Source of the DNA: Paraphysomonas bandaiensis
Lineage: Eukaryota > Protista > Chrysophyceae
Length of the DNA: 64,000 bases
Assembly: GCA_965644295.1 (NCBI GenBank)
Contig: CBFFRP010000352.1
Coordinates: forward strand, 310,001-374,000
Reading direction: 5' to 3'
Shown: positions 62,876 through 64,000 of the stretch, in pieces
Numbering within the stretch: the first letter of the stretch is position 1
Layout: every line of letters begins with the position of its first letter
Program-made: the position numbers and the translations under genes
The notes under the pieces: generated by a model
Told to the model about the DNA's origin: nothing
The model's database searches: none
Seen by the model: the letters and a program-made list of their open reading frames with translations, nothing else

Positions 62876-64000
62876 ATGGAATTTGTAAATGGTTGTTTGC
62901 TCCCTGGAAATCTTCGCGAGAGTCTCTCTGACTCCCATAAAGAGATCCTGGCGAAGGTCGAGAACATGGACGATCCAATGAAACGCTGGGCATTGCTGTC
63001 AAAGTCTATTCTCTCGCCATCCTATGCATGGGATATCCACCGAACACTCTATCAAAACAATTACAAGGACTCAGAGGTAGCCCCGGCGTGGTTTCCTGAT
63101 GATATTGATACCACTCAAACAGTTGTTGGCAAACTCATGAAAGAGAAAGGGTTCACAAGGTATCAGGACTTTTACAATTGGTCCATTAGCTCTCCGGAAG
63201 AATTCTGGGATACATGTATTAAAGAAACTAAGGCTGTATTTGATGTGCCGTATACAAGCGTGTTCGACTCCTCACATCCTGAGCACGGTGTAAAGAGTGT
63301 AAATTACCTTCCTGGATCTAAACTAAATATCGCTGCATCCTGTTTTAACCGACGGGCTCCAGAAGAGCCTGCTATAATATATGCCTCTGAAACTGATACT
63401 ACTGTCCGCCAGATGTCTTTCGCTGAGCTGGAAGCACTTTCCAACAAAGTTGCAAACTCGCTAACTCGTTCAAAGGCCGAAGGCGGCATGGGATTAGAGC
63501 GAGGTGATGCCGTCGGTATCTGCATGTCTATGTCCACCGAAGCTGTCGCGATATACCTAGGCATAATCAAGGCTGGCTTGGCGGTCGTTTCTATCGCAGA
63601 CTCTTTCTCTGCGAAAGAAATCGAAATGCGCATGCGCCTAGCCCGAGCCAAGGCAATATTCACTCAAGATGTAGTATATCGTCACAATAAAGTCCTTCCC
63701 CTCTTTGGCAGGGTACTGCAAGCTGCCAACTTATTTGCGGATGCTGGAATTCCTGCTCCGCAAAGCGTAATTTTACCCGGTAATGATATATCTATTCACC
63801 AATCAGTACTGGATATCATGAGAGCGAATATGGATTTTTCGTGGAAAGATTTCCTCGAAGGTTCTTCAGAGTGCTTTGAGAATGTTAGTTGTTCACCAGA
63901 TGAGATTTGCAATATTCTCTTTTCTTCTGGTACCACTGGAGAACCTAAGGCGATCCCTTGGACACATGCGACACCTCTAAAATGTGCCATTGATGGTATG
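62876..64000 (+). CDS. Acyl-activating enzyme (AAE17/18-like, acetate-CoA ligase family); truncated by window end
   Basis: Open frame from ATG 62876: PAWFP, PEEFW, LPGSKLNIAASC, VVSIADSFS, NILFSSGTTGEPKAIPWTH (AMP-binding motif). Confidence 0.92.
   Translation, partial: MEFVNGCLLPGNLRESLSDSHKEILAKVENMDDPMKRWALLSKSILSPSYAWDIHRTLYQNNYKDSEVAPAWFPDDIDTTQTVVGKLMKEKGFTRYQDFYNWSISSPEEFWDTCIKETKAVFDVPYTSVFDSSHPEHGVKSVNYLPGSKLNIAASCFNRRAPEEPAIIYASETDTTVRQMSFAELEALSNKVANSLTRSKAEGGMGLERGDAVGICMSMSTEAVAIYLGIIKAGLAVVSIADSFSAKEIEMRMRLARAKAIFTQDVVYRHNKVLPLFGRVLQAANLFADAGIPAPQSVILPGNDISIHQSVLDIMRANMDFSWKDFLEGSSECFENVSCSPDEICNILFSSGTTGEPKAIPWTHATPLKCAIDGM

Overview
Eukaryotic, gene-dense nuclear DNA with short (mostly ~45-60 nt) GT-AG introns. 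Gene content suggests a stramenopile, probably an ochrophyte or chrysophyte (inference). About 20 genes are present: UTP21/WDR36, a DH-PH RhoGEF, an ankyrin-repeat protein, a histidine phosphatase, a sulfotransferase, RRP42, a truncated PPDK-like gene, PP2C, a membrane-anchored cupredoxin+multicopper-oxidase-fold protein, MPP-beta, two divergent MFS transporters, SF3A3, a secreted orphan, an FG-GAP surface protein, ATP synthase subunit d, an SMCHD1-like protein, a Na+/H+ exchanger, a mu-like GST and a partial acyl-activating enzyme. Most sit in head-to-head pairs. The tail-to-tail spacers hold hAT remnants, MITEs and other repeats. Three observations stand out. (1) The multicopper-oxidase-fold protein has lost its O2-reducing trinuclear cluster in a patterned way but keeps the T1 site, one complete 3-His site and an extra N-terminal blue-copper domain. 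(2) A full-length GHKL + SMC-hinge SMCHD1 homologue is present. (3) A stand-alone PPDK nucleotide-binding domain is present. Exon boundaries were read by eye, and family calls come from motif recognition, not database searches.
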